Origin: the human T2T-CHM13v2.0 reference genome, Homo sapiens
Assembly (NCBI RefSeq): GCF_009914755.1
Contig: NC_060942.1
Length of the DNA stretch: 64,000 nucleotides
Direction: 5' to 3' (one strand)
Shown here: piece by piece, positions 12,401 to 25,099 of the stretch
Position numbering within the stretch: position 1 is the first letter of the stretch
Layout: every line of letters begins with the position of its first letter
Position numbers and translations under genes: made by a program
The notes under the pieces: generated by a model
Told to the model about the DNA's origin: nothing
The model's input: the letters and a program-made list of their open reading frames with translations, nothing else
Databases searched by the model: none

Positions 12401-15400
12401 ACACAGAGTTGAACATTCCCTATCATAGAGCAGGTTTGAATCACTCCTTTTGTAGTATCTGGAAGTGGACATTTGGAGCGCTTTCAGGCCTATGTTGGAA
12501 AAGGAAATATCTTCCCATAACAACTAGACAGAAGCATTCTCAGAAACTTATTTGAGATGTGTGTACTCAACTAAGAGAATTGAACCACCGTTTTGAAGGA
12601 GCAGTTTTGAAACACTCTTTTTCTGGAATCTGCAAGTGGATATTTGGCTAGCTTTGGGGATTTCGCTGGAAGCGGGAATACATATAAAAAGCACACAGCA
12701 GCGTTCTGAGAAACTGCTTTCTGATGTTTGCATTCAAGTCAAAAGTTGAACACTCCCTTTCATAGAGCAGTCCTGAAACACTCCTTTTGTAGTATCTGGA
12801 ACTGGACTTTTGGAGCGCTTTCAGGGCTAAGGTGAAAAAGGAAATATCTTCCCATAAAAACTGGACAGAAGCATTCTCAGAAACTTGTTTATGCTGTATC
12901 TACTCAACTAACAAAGTTGAACCTTTCTTTTGATAGAGCAGTTTTGAAATGCTCTTTTTGTGGAATCTGCAAGTGGATATTTGGCTAGTTGTGAGGATTT
13001 CGTTGGAAGCTGGAATTCATACAAATTGCAGACTGCAGCGTTCTGAGAAACATCTTTGTGATGTTTGTATTCAGGACAGAGAGTTGAACATTCCCTATCA
13101 TAGAGCAGGTTGGAATCACTCCTTTTGTAGTATCTGGAAGTGGACATTTGGAGCGCTTTCAGGCCTATGTTGAAAAAGGAAATATCTTCCCATAACAACT
13201 AGACACAAGCATTCTCAGAAACTTGTTTGTGATGTGTGCCCTCTACTGACAGAGTTGAACCTTTCTTTTCATAGAGCAGTTTTGAAACACTCTTTTTGTA
13301 GAATCTGCAAGAGGATATTTGCATAGCTTTGAGGATTTCGTGGGAAACGGGATTGTCTTCAGGTAAAATCTAGACAGAAGCATTCTCAGAAACTTCTTTG
13401 GGATGTTTGCATTCAAGTCACAGAGTAGAACATTCCCTTTGGTAGAGCAGGTTTGAAACACTCTTTTTGTAGTATCTGGAAGTGGACATTTGGAGCGCTT
13501 TCAGGCCTATGTTGGAAAGGGAAATATCTTCCCGTAACAACTAGGCAGAAGCATTCTCAGAAACTTATTTGAGATGTGTGTACTCAACTAAGAGAATTGA
13601 ACCACCGTTTTGAAGGAGCAGTTTTGAAACACTCTTTTTCTGGAATCTGCAAGAGGATATTTGCCTAGCCTTGAGGATTTCGTTGGAAACGGGATTGTCT
13701 TCAGATCAAATCTAGACAGAAGCATTCTCAGAAACTTCTTTGGGATGTTTGCATTCAAGTCACAGAGTAGAACATTCCCTTTGGTAGAGCAGGTTTGAAA
13801 CACTCTTTTTTTAGTATATGGAAGTGGACATTTGGAGCGCTTTCAGGCCTACGTTGGAAAAGGAAATATCTTCCCATAACAACTAGACAGAAGCATTCTC
13901 AGAAACTAGTTTCTGATGTGTGTCCTCAACTAACACAGTTGAACATTTCTTTAGACAGAACAGTTTTGAAACTCTCTTTTTGTGGAATCTGCAAGTGGCT
14001 ATTTGGCTAGATTTGAGGATTTCGTTGGAAACGGGATTACATATAAAAAGCAGACAGCAGCATTCTCAGAAAGTTCTTTGTGATGATTGCATTCAAGTCA
14101 CAGAATTGAACATTCCCTTTCACAGAGCAGGTTTGAAACACTCTTTTTGTAGTGTGTGTAAGTGGACATTTGGAGCACTTTCCGGCCTAAGGTGAAAAAG
14201 GAAATATCTTCCCATAAAAACTAGACAGAAGCATTCTCAGAAACTTACTCGTGATGTGTGTCCTCAACTAAAGGAGTAGAACCTTTGTTTTCATAGAGAA
14301 GTTTTGAAACGCTCTTTTTGTGGAATCTGCAAGTGGATATTTGGCTAGTTTTGAGGATTTCGTTGGAAGCGGGAATTCATACAAATTGCAGACTGCAGCG
14401 TTCTGAGAAACATCTTTGTGATGTTTGTATTCAGGACACAGAGTTGAACATTCCCTATCATAGAGCAGGTTTGAATCACTCCTTTTGTAGTATCTGGAAG
14501 TGGACATTTGGAGCGCTTTCAGGCCTATGTTGGAAAAGGAAATATCTTCCCATAACAACTAGACAGAAGCATTCTCAGAAACTTATTTGAGATGTGTGTA
14601 GTCAACTAAGAGAATTGAACCACCGTTTTGAAGGAGCAGTTTTGAAACACTCTTTTTCTGGAATCTGCAAGTGGATATTTGGCTAGCTTTGGGGATTTCG
14701 CTGGAAGCGGGAATACATATGAAAAGCACACAGCAGCGTTCTGAGAAACTGCTTTCTGATGTTTGCATTCAAGTCAAAAGTTGAACACTCCCTTTCATAG
14801 AGCAGTCCTGAAACACTCCTTTTGTAGTATCTGGAACTGGACTTTTGGAGCGCTTTCAGGGCTAAGGTGAAAAAGGAAATATCTTCCCATAAAAACTGGA
14901 CAGAAGCATTCTCAGAAACTTGTTTATGCTGTATCTACTCAACTAACAAAGTTGAACCTTTCTTTTGACAGAGCAGTTTTGAAATGCTCTTTTTGTGGAA
15001 TCTGCAAGTGGATATTTGGCTAGTTTTGAGGATTTCGCTGGAAGCGGGAATTCATACAAATTGCAGACTGCAGCGTTCTGAGAATCATCTTTGTGATGTA
15101 TGTATTCAGGACACAGAGTTGAACATTCCCTATCATAGAGCAGGTTGGAATCACTCCTTTTGTAGTATCTGGAAGTGGACATTTGGAGCGCTTTCAGGCC
15201 TATGTTGAAAAAGGAAATATCTTCCCATAACAACTAGACACAAGCATTCTCAGAAACTTGTTTGTGATGTGTGCCCTCTAGTGACAGAGTTGAACCTTTC
15301 TTTTCATAGAGCAGTTTTGAAACACTCTTTTTGTAGAATCTGCAAGAGGATATTTGCATAGCTTTGAGGATTTCGTGGGAAACGGGATTGTCTTCAGGTA

Positions 15401-15596
15401 AAATCTAGACAGAAGCATTCTCAGAAACTTCTTTGGGATGTTTGCATTCAAGTCACAGAGTAGAACATTCCCTTTGGTAGAGCAGGTTTGAAACACTCTT
15501 TTTGTAGTATCTGGAAGTGGACATTTGGAGCGCTTTCAAGCCTATGTTGGAAAGGGAAATATCTTCCCGTAACAACTAGGCAGAAGCATTCTCAGA

Positions 15597-15938
15597 AACT
15601 TATTTGAGATGTGTGTACTCAACTAAGAGAATTGAACCACCGTTTTGAAGGAGCAGTTTTGAAACACTCTTTTTCTGGAATCTGCAAGAGGATATTTGCC
15701 TAGCCTTGAGGATTTCGTTGGAAACGGGATTGTCTTCAGATCAAATCTAGACAGAAGCATTCTCAGAAACTTCTTTGGGATGTTTGCATTCAAGTCACAG
15801 AGTAGAACATTCCCTTTGGTAGAGCAGGTTTGAAACACTCTTTTTATAGTATCTGGAAGTGGACATTTGGAGCGCTTTCAGGCCTATGTTGGAAAGGGAA
15901 ATATCTTCCCGTAACAACTAGGCAGAAGCATTCTCAGA
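15597..15938 (+). repeat. Extra dimer (m1 + m2/12 hybrid, 342 bp)
   Basis: m1-derived ORF occurs twice 342 bp apart (15623, 15965). The m2 start ends with an m12-type tail and returns to m1. Confidence 0.92.
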
Positions 15939-18900
15939 AACTTATTTGAGATGTGTGTACTCAACTAAGAGAATTGAACCACCGTTTTGAAGGAGCAGTT
16001 TTGAAACACTCTTTTTCTGGAATCTGCAAGAGGATATTTGCCTAGCTTTGAGGATTTCGTTGGAAACGGGATTGTCTTCAGATCAAATCTAGACAGAAGC
16101 ATTCTCAGAAACTTCTTTGGGATGTTTGCATTAAAGTCACAGAGTAGAACATTCCCTTTGGTAGAGCAGGTTTGAAACACTCTTTTTTTAGTATATGGAA
16201 GTGGACATTTGGAGCGCTTTCAGGCCTACGTTGGAAAAGGAAATATCTTCCCATAACAATTAGACAGAAGCATTCTCAGAAACTAGTTTCTGATGTGTGT
16301 CCTCAACTAACACAGTTGAACATTTCTTTAGACAGAACAGTTTTGAAACTCTCTTTTTGTGGAATCTGCAAGTGGCTATTTGGCTAGATTTGAGGATTTC
16401 GTTGGAAACGGGATTACATATAAAAAGCAGACAGCAGCATTCTCAGAACGTTCTTTGTGATGATTGCATTCAAGTCACAGAATTGAACATTCCCTTTCAC
16501 AGAGCAGGTTTGAAACACTCTTTTTGTAGTGTGTGTAAGTGGACATTTGGAGCACTTTAAGGCCTAAGGTGAAAAAGGAAATATCTTCCCATAAAAACTA
16601 GACAGAAGCATTCTCAGAAACTTACTCGTGATGTGTGTCCTCAACTAAAGGAGTAGAACCTTTCTTTTCATAGAGAAGTTTTGAAACGCTCTTTTTGTGG
16701 AATCTGCAAGTGGATATTTGGCTAGTTTGGAGGATTTCGTTGGAAGCGGGAATTCATACAAATTGCAGACTACAGCTTTCCGAGAAACATCTTTGTGATG
16801 TCTGTATTCAGGACACAGAGTTGAACATTCCCTATCATAGAGCAGGTTTGAATCACTCCTTTTGTAGTATCTGGAAGTGGACATTTGGAGCGCTTTCAGG
16901 CCTATGTTGGAAAAGGAAATATCTTCCCATAACAACTAGACAGAAGCATTCTCAGAAACTTATTTGAGATGTGTGTACTCAACTAAGAGAATTGAACCAC
17001 CGTTTTGAAGGAGCAGTTTTGAAACACTCTTTTTCTGGAATCTGCAAGTGGATATTTGGCTAGCTTTGGGGATTTCGCTGGAAGCGGGAATACATATAAA
17101 AAGCACACAGCAGCGTTCTGAGAAACTGCTTTCTGATGTTTGCATTCAAGTCAAAAGTTGAACACTCCCTTTCATAGAGCAGTCCTGAAACACTCCTTTT
17201 GTAGTATCTGGAACTGGACTTTTGGAGCGCTTTCAGGGCTAAGGTGAAAAAGGAAATATCTTCCCATAAAAACTGGACAGAAGCATTCTCAGAAACTTGT
17301 TTATGCTGTATCTACTCAACTAACAAAGTTGAACCTTTCTTTTGATAGAGCAGTTTTGAAATGCTCTTTTTGTGGAATCTGCAAGTGGATATTTGGCTAG
17401 TTTTGAGGATTTCGTTGGAAGCGGGAATTCATACAAATTGCAGACTGCAGCGTTCTGAGAAACATCTTTGTGATGTTTGTATTCAGGACAGAGAGTTGAA
17501 CATTCCCTATCATAGAGCAGGTTGGAATCACTCCTTTTGTAGTATCTGGAAGTGGACATTTGGAGCGCTTTCAGGCCTATGTTGAAAAAGGAAATATCTT
17601 CCCATAACAACTAGACACAAGCATTCTCAGAAACTTGTTTGTGATGTGTGCCCTCTACTGACAGAGTTGAACCTTTCTTTTCATAGAGCAGTTTGGAAAC
17701 ACTCTTTTTGTAGAATCTGCAAGAGGATATTTGCATAGCTTTGAGGATTTCGTGGGAAACGGGATTGTCTTCAGGTAAAATCTAGACAGAAGCATTCTCA
17801 GAAACTTCTTTGGGATGTTTGCATTCAAGTCACAGAGTAGAACATTCCCTTTGGTAGAGCAGGTTTGAAACACTCTTTTTGTAGTATCTGGAAGTGGACA
17901 TTTGGAGCGCTTTCAGGCCTATGTTGGAAAGGGAAATATCTTCCCGTAACAACTAGGCAGAAGCATTCTCAGAAACTTATTTGAGATGTGTGTACTCAAC
18001 TAAGAGAATTGAACCACCGTTTTGAAGGAGCAGTTTTGAAACACTCTTTTTCTGGAATCTGCAAGAGGATATTTGCCTAGCCTTGAGGATTTCTTTGGAA
18101 ACGGGAATGTCTTCAGATCAAATCTAGACAGAAGCATTCTCAGAAACTTCTTTGGGATGTTTGCATTCAAGTCACAGAGTAGAACATTCCCTTTGGTAGA
18201 GCAGGTTTGAAACACTCTTTTTTTAGTATATGGAAGTGGACATTTGGAGCGCTTTCAGGCCTACGTTGGAAAAGGAAATATCTTCCCATAACAACTAGAC
18301 AGAAGCATTCTCAGAAACTAGTTTCTGATGTGTGTCCTCAACTAACACAGTTGAACATTTCTTTAGACAGAACAGTTTTGAAACTCTCTTTTTGTGGAAT
18401 CTGCAAGTGGCTATTTGGCTAGATTTGAGGATTTCGTTGGAAACGGGATTACATATAAAAAGCAGACAGCAGCATTCTCAGAAAGTTCTTTGTGATGATT
18501 GCATTCAAGTCACAGAATTGAACATTCCCTTTCACAGAGCAGGTTTGAAACACTCTTTTTATAGTGTGTGTAAGTGGACATTTGGAGCACTTTCTGGCCT
18601 AAGGTGAAAAAGGAAATATCTTCCCATAAAAACTAGACAGAAGCATTCTCAGAAACTTACTCGTGATGTGTGTCCTCAACTAAAGGAGTAGAACCTTTCT
18701 TTTCATAGAGAAGTTTTGAAACGCTCTTTTTGTGGAATCTGCAAGTGGATATTTGGCTAGTTTGGAGGATTTCGTTGGAAGCGGGAATTCATACAAATTG
18801 CAGACTGCAGCGTTCTGAGAAACATCTTTGTGATGTTTGTATTCAGGACACAGAGTTGAACATTCCCTATCATAGAGCAGGTTTGAATCACTCCTTTTGT

Positions 18901-20008
18901 AGTATCTGGAAGTGGACATTTGGAGCGCTTTCAGGCCTATGTTGGAAAAGGAAATATCTTCCCATAACAACTAGACAGAAGCATTCTCAGAAACTTATTT
19001 GAGATGTGTGTACTCAACTAAGAGAATTGAACCACCGTTTTGAAGGAGCAGTTTTGAAACACTCTTTTTCTGGAATCTGCAAGTGGATATTTGGCTAGCT
19101 TTGGGGATTTCGCTGGAAGCGGGAATACATATAAAAAGCACACAGCAGCTTTCTGAGAAACTGCTTTCTGATGTTTGCATTCAAGTCAAAAGTTGAACAC
19201 TCCCTTTCATAGAGCAGTCCTGAAACACTCCTTTTGTAGTATCTGGAACTGGACTTTTGGAGCGCTTTCAGGGCTAAGGTGAAAAAGGAAATATCTTCCC
19301 ATAAAAACTGGACAGAAGCATTCTCAGAAACTTGTTTATGCTGTATCTACTCAACTAACAAAGTTGAACCTTTCTTTTGATAGAGCAGTTTTGAAATGCT
19401 CTTTTTGTGGAATCTGCAAGTGGATATTTGGCTAGTTTTGAGGATTTCGTTGGAAGCGGGAATTCATACAAATTGCAGACTGCAGCGTTCTGAGAAACAT
19501 CTTTGTGATGTTTGTATTCAGGACAGAGAGTTGAACATTCCCTATCATAGAGCAGGTTGGAATCACTCCTTTTGTAGTATCTGGAAGTGGACATTTGGAG
19601 CGCTTTCAGGCCTATGTTGAAAAAGGAAATATCTTCCCATAACAACTAGACACAAGCATTCTCAGAAACTTGTTTGTGATGTGTGCCCTCTACTGACAGA
19701 GTTGAACCTTTCTTTTCATAGAGCAGTTTTGAAACACTCTTTTTGTAGAATCTGCAAGAGGATATTTGCATAGCTTTGAGGATTACGTGGGAAACGGGAT
19801 AGTCTTCAGGTAAAATCTAGACAGAAGCATTCTCAGAAACTTCTTTGGGATGTTTGCATTCAAGTCACAGAGTAGAACATTCCCTTTGGTAGAGTAGGTT
19901 TGAAACACTCTTTTTGTAGTATCTGGAAGTGGACATTTGGAGCGCTTTCAGGCCTATGTTGGAAAGGGAAATATCTTCCCGTAACAACTAGGCAGAAGCA
20001 TTCTCAGA

Positions 20009-21029
20009 AACTTATTTGAGATGTGTGTATTCAACTAAGAGAGTTGAACCACCGTTTTGAAGGAGCAGTTTTGAAACACTCTTTTTCTGGAATCTGAAAG
20101 AGGATATTTGCCTAGCCTTGAGGATTTCGTTGGAAACGGGATTGTCTTCAGATCAAATCTATACAGAAGCATTCTCAGAAACTTCTTTGGGATGTTTGCA
20201 TTCAAGTCACAGAGTAGAACATTCCCTTTGGTAGAGCAGGTTTGAAACACTCTTTTTTTAGTATATGGAAGTGGACATTTGGAGCGCATTCAGGCCTACG
20301 TTGGAAAAGGAAATATCTTCCCATAACAACTAGACAGAAGCATTCTCAGAAACTAGTTTCTGATGTGTGTCCTCAACTAACACAGTTGCACATTTCTTTA
20401 GACAGAACAGTTTTGAAACACTCTTTTTGTGGAATCTGCAAGTGGCTATTTGGCTAGATTTGAGGATTTCGTTGGAAACGGGATTACATATAAAAAGCAG
20501 TCAGCAGCATTCTCAGAAAGTTCTTTGTGATGATTGCATTCAAGTCACAGAATTGAACATTCCCTTTCACAGAGCAGGTTTGAAATACTCTTTTTTAGTG
20601 TGTGTAATTGGACATTTGGAGCACTTTCCGGCCTAAGGTGAAAAAGGAAATATCTTCCCATAAAAACTAGACAGAAGAATTCTCAGAAACTTACTCGTGA
20701 TGTGTGTCCTCCACTAAATGAGTAGAACCTTTCTTTTCATAGAGAAGTTTTGAAACGCTCTTTTTGTAGAATCTGCAAGAGGATATTTGCATAGCTTTGA
20801 GGATTTCGTGGGAAACGGGATTGTCTTCAGGTAAAATCTAGACAGAAGCATTCTGAGAAACTTCTTTGGGATGTTTGCATTCAAGTCACAGAGTAGAACA
20901 TTCCCTTTGGTAGAGCAGGTTTGAAACACTCTTTTTGTATTATCTGGAAGTGGACATTTGGAGCGCTTTCAGGCCTATGTTGGAAAGGGAAATATCTTCC
21001 CGTAACAACTAGGCAGAAGCATTCTCAGA
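20009..21029 (+). repeat. 6-mer HOR variant (1021 bp; m1-4, m5/11 hybrid, m12), copy 1
   Basis: m5 (ttactcgtg...gaaacgctc) joins m11 (gtagaatctgcaagagg...catagc): 1013-bp loss plus a 1-bp deletion in m4. Confidence 0.93.
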
Positions 21030-24000
21030 AACTTATTTGAGATGTGTGTACTCAACTAAGAGAATTGAATCACCGTTTTGAAGGAGCAGTTTTGAAACAC
21101 TCTTTTTCTGGAATCTGCAAGAGGATATTTGCCTAGCCTTGAGGATTTCGTTGGAAACGGGATTGTCTTTAGATCAAATCTAGACAGAAGCATTCTCAGA
21201 AACTTCTTTGGGATGTTTGCATTCAAGTCACAGAGTAGAACATTCCCTTTGGTAGAGCAGGTTTGAAACACTCTTTTTTTAGTATATGGAAGTGGACATT
21301 TGGAGCGCTTTCAGGCCTACGTTGGAAAAGGAAATATCTTCCCATAACAACTAGACAGAAGCATTCTCAGAAACTAGTTTCTGATGTGTTTCCTCAACTA
21401 ACACAGTTGAACATTTCTTTAGACAGAACAGTTTTGAAACTCTCTTTTTGTGGAATCTGCAAGTGGCTATTTGGCTAGATTTGAGGATTTCGTTGGAAAC
21501 GGGATTACATATAAAAAGCAGACAGCAGCATTCTCAGAAAGTTCTTTGTGATGATTGCATTCAAGTCACAGAATTGAACATTCCCTTTCACAGAGCAGGT
21601 TTGAAACAGTCTTTTTGTAGTGTGTGTAAGTGGACATTTGGAGCACTTTCCGGCCTAAGGTGAAGAAGGGAATATCTTCCCATAAAAACTAGACAGAAGC
21701 ATTCTCAGAAACTTACTCGTGATGTGTGTCCTCAACTAAAGGAGTAGAACCTTTGTTTTCATAGAGAAGTTTTGAAACGCTCTTTTTGTGGAATCTGCAA
21801 GTGGATATTTGGCTAGTTTGGAGGATTTCGTTGGAAGCGGGAATTCATACAAATTGCAGACTGCAGCGTTCTGAGAAACATCTTTGTGATGTTTGTATTC
21901 AGGACACTGAGTTGAACATTCCCTATCATAGAGCAGGTTTGAATCACTCCTTTTGTAGTATCTGGAAGTGGACATTTGGAGCGCTTTCAGGCCTATGTTG
22001 GAAAAGGAAATATCTTCCCATAACAACTAGACAGAAGCATTCTCAGAAACTTATTTGAGATGTGTGTACTCAACTAAGAGAATTGAACCACCGTTTTGAA
22101 GGAGCAGTTTTGAAACACTCTTTTTCTGGAATCTGCAAGTGGATATTTGGCTAGCTTTGGGGATTTCGCTGGAAGCGGGAATACATATAAAAAGCACACA
22201 GCAGCGTTCTGAGAAACTGCTTTCTGATGTTTGCATTCAAGTCAAAAGTTGAACACTCCCTTTCATAGAGCAGTCCTGAAACACTCCTTTTGTAGTATCT
22301 GGAACTGGACTTTTGGAGCGCTTTCAGGGCTAAGGTGAAAAAGGAAATATCTTCCCATAAAAACTGGACAGAAGCATTCTCAGAAACTTGTTTATGCTGT
22401 ATCTACTCAACTAACAAAGTTGAACCTTTCTTTTGATAGAGCAGTTTTGAAATGCTCTTTTTGTGGAATCTGCAAGTGGATATTTGGCTAGTTTTGAGGA
22501 TTTCGTTGGAAGCGGGAATTCATACAAATTGCAGACTGCAGCGTTCTGAGAAACATCTTTGTGATGTTTGTATTCAGGACAGAGAGTTGAACATTCCCTA
22601 TCATAGAGCAGGTTGGAATCACTCCTTTTGTAGTATCTGGAAGTGGACATTTGGAGCGCTTTCAGGCCTATGTTGAAAAAGGAAATATCTTCCCATAACA
22701 ACTAGACACAAGCATTCTCAGAAACTTGTTTGTGATGTGTGCCCTCTACTGACAGAGTTGAACCTTTCTTTTCATAGAGCAGTTTTGAAACACTCTTTTT
22801 GTAGAATCTGCAAGAGGATATTTGCATAGCTTTGAGGATTTCGTGGGAAACGGGATTGTCTTCAGGTAAAATCTAGACAGAAGCATTCTCAGAAACTTCT
22901 TTGGGATGTTTGCATTCAAGTCACAGAGTAGAACATTCCCTTTGGTAGAGCAGGTTTGAAACACTCTTTTTATAGTATCTGGAAGTGGACATTTGGAGCG
23001 CTTTCAGGCCTATGTTGGAAAGGGAAATATCTTCCCGTAACAACTAGGCAGAAGCATTCTCAGAAACTTATTTGAGATGTGTGTACTCAACTAAGAGAAT
23101 TGAACCACCGTTTTGAAGGAGCAGTTTTGAAACACTCTTTTTCTGGAATCTGCAAGAGGATATTTGCCTAGCTTTGAGGATTTCGTTGGAAACGGGATTG
23201 TCTTCAGATCAAATCTAGACAGAAGCATTCTCAGAAACTTCTTTGGGATGTTTGCATTCAAGTCACAGAGTAGAACATTCCCTTTGGTAGAGCAGGTTTG
23301 AAACACTCTTTTTTTAGTATATGGAAGTGGACATTTGGAGCGCTTTCAGGCCTACGTTGGAAAAGGAAATATCTTCCCATAACAATTAGACAGAAGCATT
23401 CTCAGAAACTAGTTTCTGATGTGTGTCCTCAACTAACACAGTTGAACATTTCTTTAGACAGAACAGTTTTGAAACTCTCTTTTTGTGGAATCTGCAAGTG
23501 GCTATTTGGCTAGATTTGAGGATTTCGTTGGAAACGGGATTACATATAAAAAGCAGACAGCAGCATTCTCAGAACGTTCTTTGTGATGATTGCATTCAAG
23601 TCACAGAATTGAACATTCCCTTTCACAGAGCAGGTTTGAAACACTCTTTTTGTAGTGTGTGTAAGTGGACATTTGGAGCACTTTCCGGCCTAAGGTGAAA
23701 AAGGAAATATCTTCCCATAAAAACTAGACAGAAGCATTCTCAGAAACTTACTCGTGATGTGTGTCCTCAACTAAAGGAGTAGAACCTTTCTTTTCATAGA
23801 GAAGTTTTGAAACGCTCTTTTTGTGGAATCTGCAAGTGGATATTTGGCTAGTTTTGAGGATTTCGTTGGAAGCGGGAATTCATACAAATTGCAGACTGCA
23901 GCGTTCTGAGAAACATCTTTGTGATGTTTGTATTCAGGACACAGAGTTGAACATTCCCTATCATAGAGCAGGTTTGAATCATTCCTTTTGTAGTATCTGG

Positions 24001-25099
24001 AAGTGGACATTTGGAGCGCTTTCAGGCCTATGTTGGAAAAGGAAATATCTTCCCATAACAACTAGACAGAAGCATTCTCAGAAACTTATTTGAGATGTGT
24101 GTACTCAACTAAGAGAATTGAACCACCGTTTTGAAGGAGCAGTTTTGAAACACTCTTTTTCTGGAATCTGCAAGTGGATATTTGGCTAGCTTTGGGGATT
24201 TCGCTGGAAGCGGGAATACATATAAAAAGCACACAGCAGCGTTCTGAGAAACTGCTTTCTGATGTTTGCATTCAAGTCAAAAGTTGAACACTCCCTTTCA
24301 TAGAGCAGTCCTGAAACACCCCTTTTGTAGTATCTGGAACTGGACTTTTGGAGCGCTTTCAGGGCTAAGGTGAAAAAGGAAATATCTTCCCATAAAAACT
24401 GGACAGAAGCATTCTCAGAAACTTGTTTATGCTGTATCTACTCAACTAACAAAGTTGAACCTTTCTTTTGATAGAGCAGTTTTGAAATGCTCTTTTTGTG
24501 GAATCTGCAAGTGGATATTTGGCTAGTTTTGAGGATTTCGTTGGAAGCGGGAATTCATACAAATTGCAGACTGCAGCGTTCTGAGAAACATCTTTGTGAT
24601 GTTTGTATTCAGGACAGAGAGTTGAACATTCCCTATCATAGAGCAGGTTGGAATCACTCCTTTTGTAGTATCTGGAAGTGGACATTTGGAGCGCTTTCAG
24701 GCCTATGTTGAAAAAGGAAATATCTTCCCATAACAACTAGACACAAGCATTCTCAGAAACTTGTTTGTGATGTGTGCCCTCTACTGACAGAGTTGAACCT
24801 TTCTTTTCATAGAGCAGTTTTGAAACACTCTTTTTGTAGAATCTGCAAGAGGATATTTGCATAGCTTTGAGGATTTCGTGGGAAACGGGATTGTCTTCAG
24901 GTAAAATCTAGACAGAAGCATTCTCAGAAACTTCTTTGGGATGTTTGCATTCAAGTCACAGAGCAGAACATTCCCTTTGGTAGAGCAGGTTTGAAACACT
25001 CTTTTTGTAGTATCTGGAAGTGGACATTTGGAGCGCTTTCAGGCCTATGTTGGAAAGGGAAATATCTTCCCGTAACAACTAGGCAGAAGCATTCTCAGA

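Noticed and set aside
20367-20636. Novel C-terminus (KYSFLVCVIGHLEHFPA) in ORFs of the 6-mer
   Set aside because: Simply the frameshift from the 1-bp deletion in m4 of a non-coding repeat.
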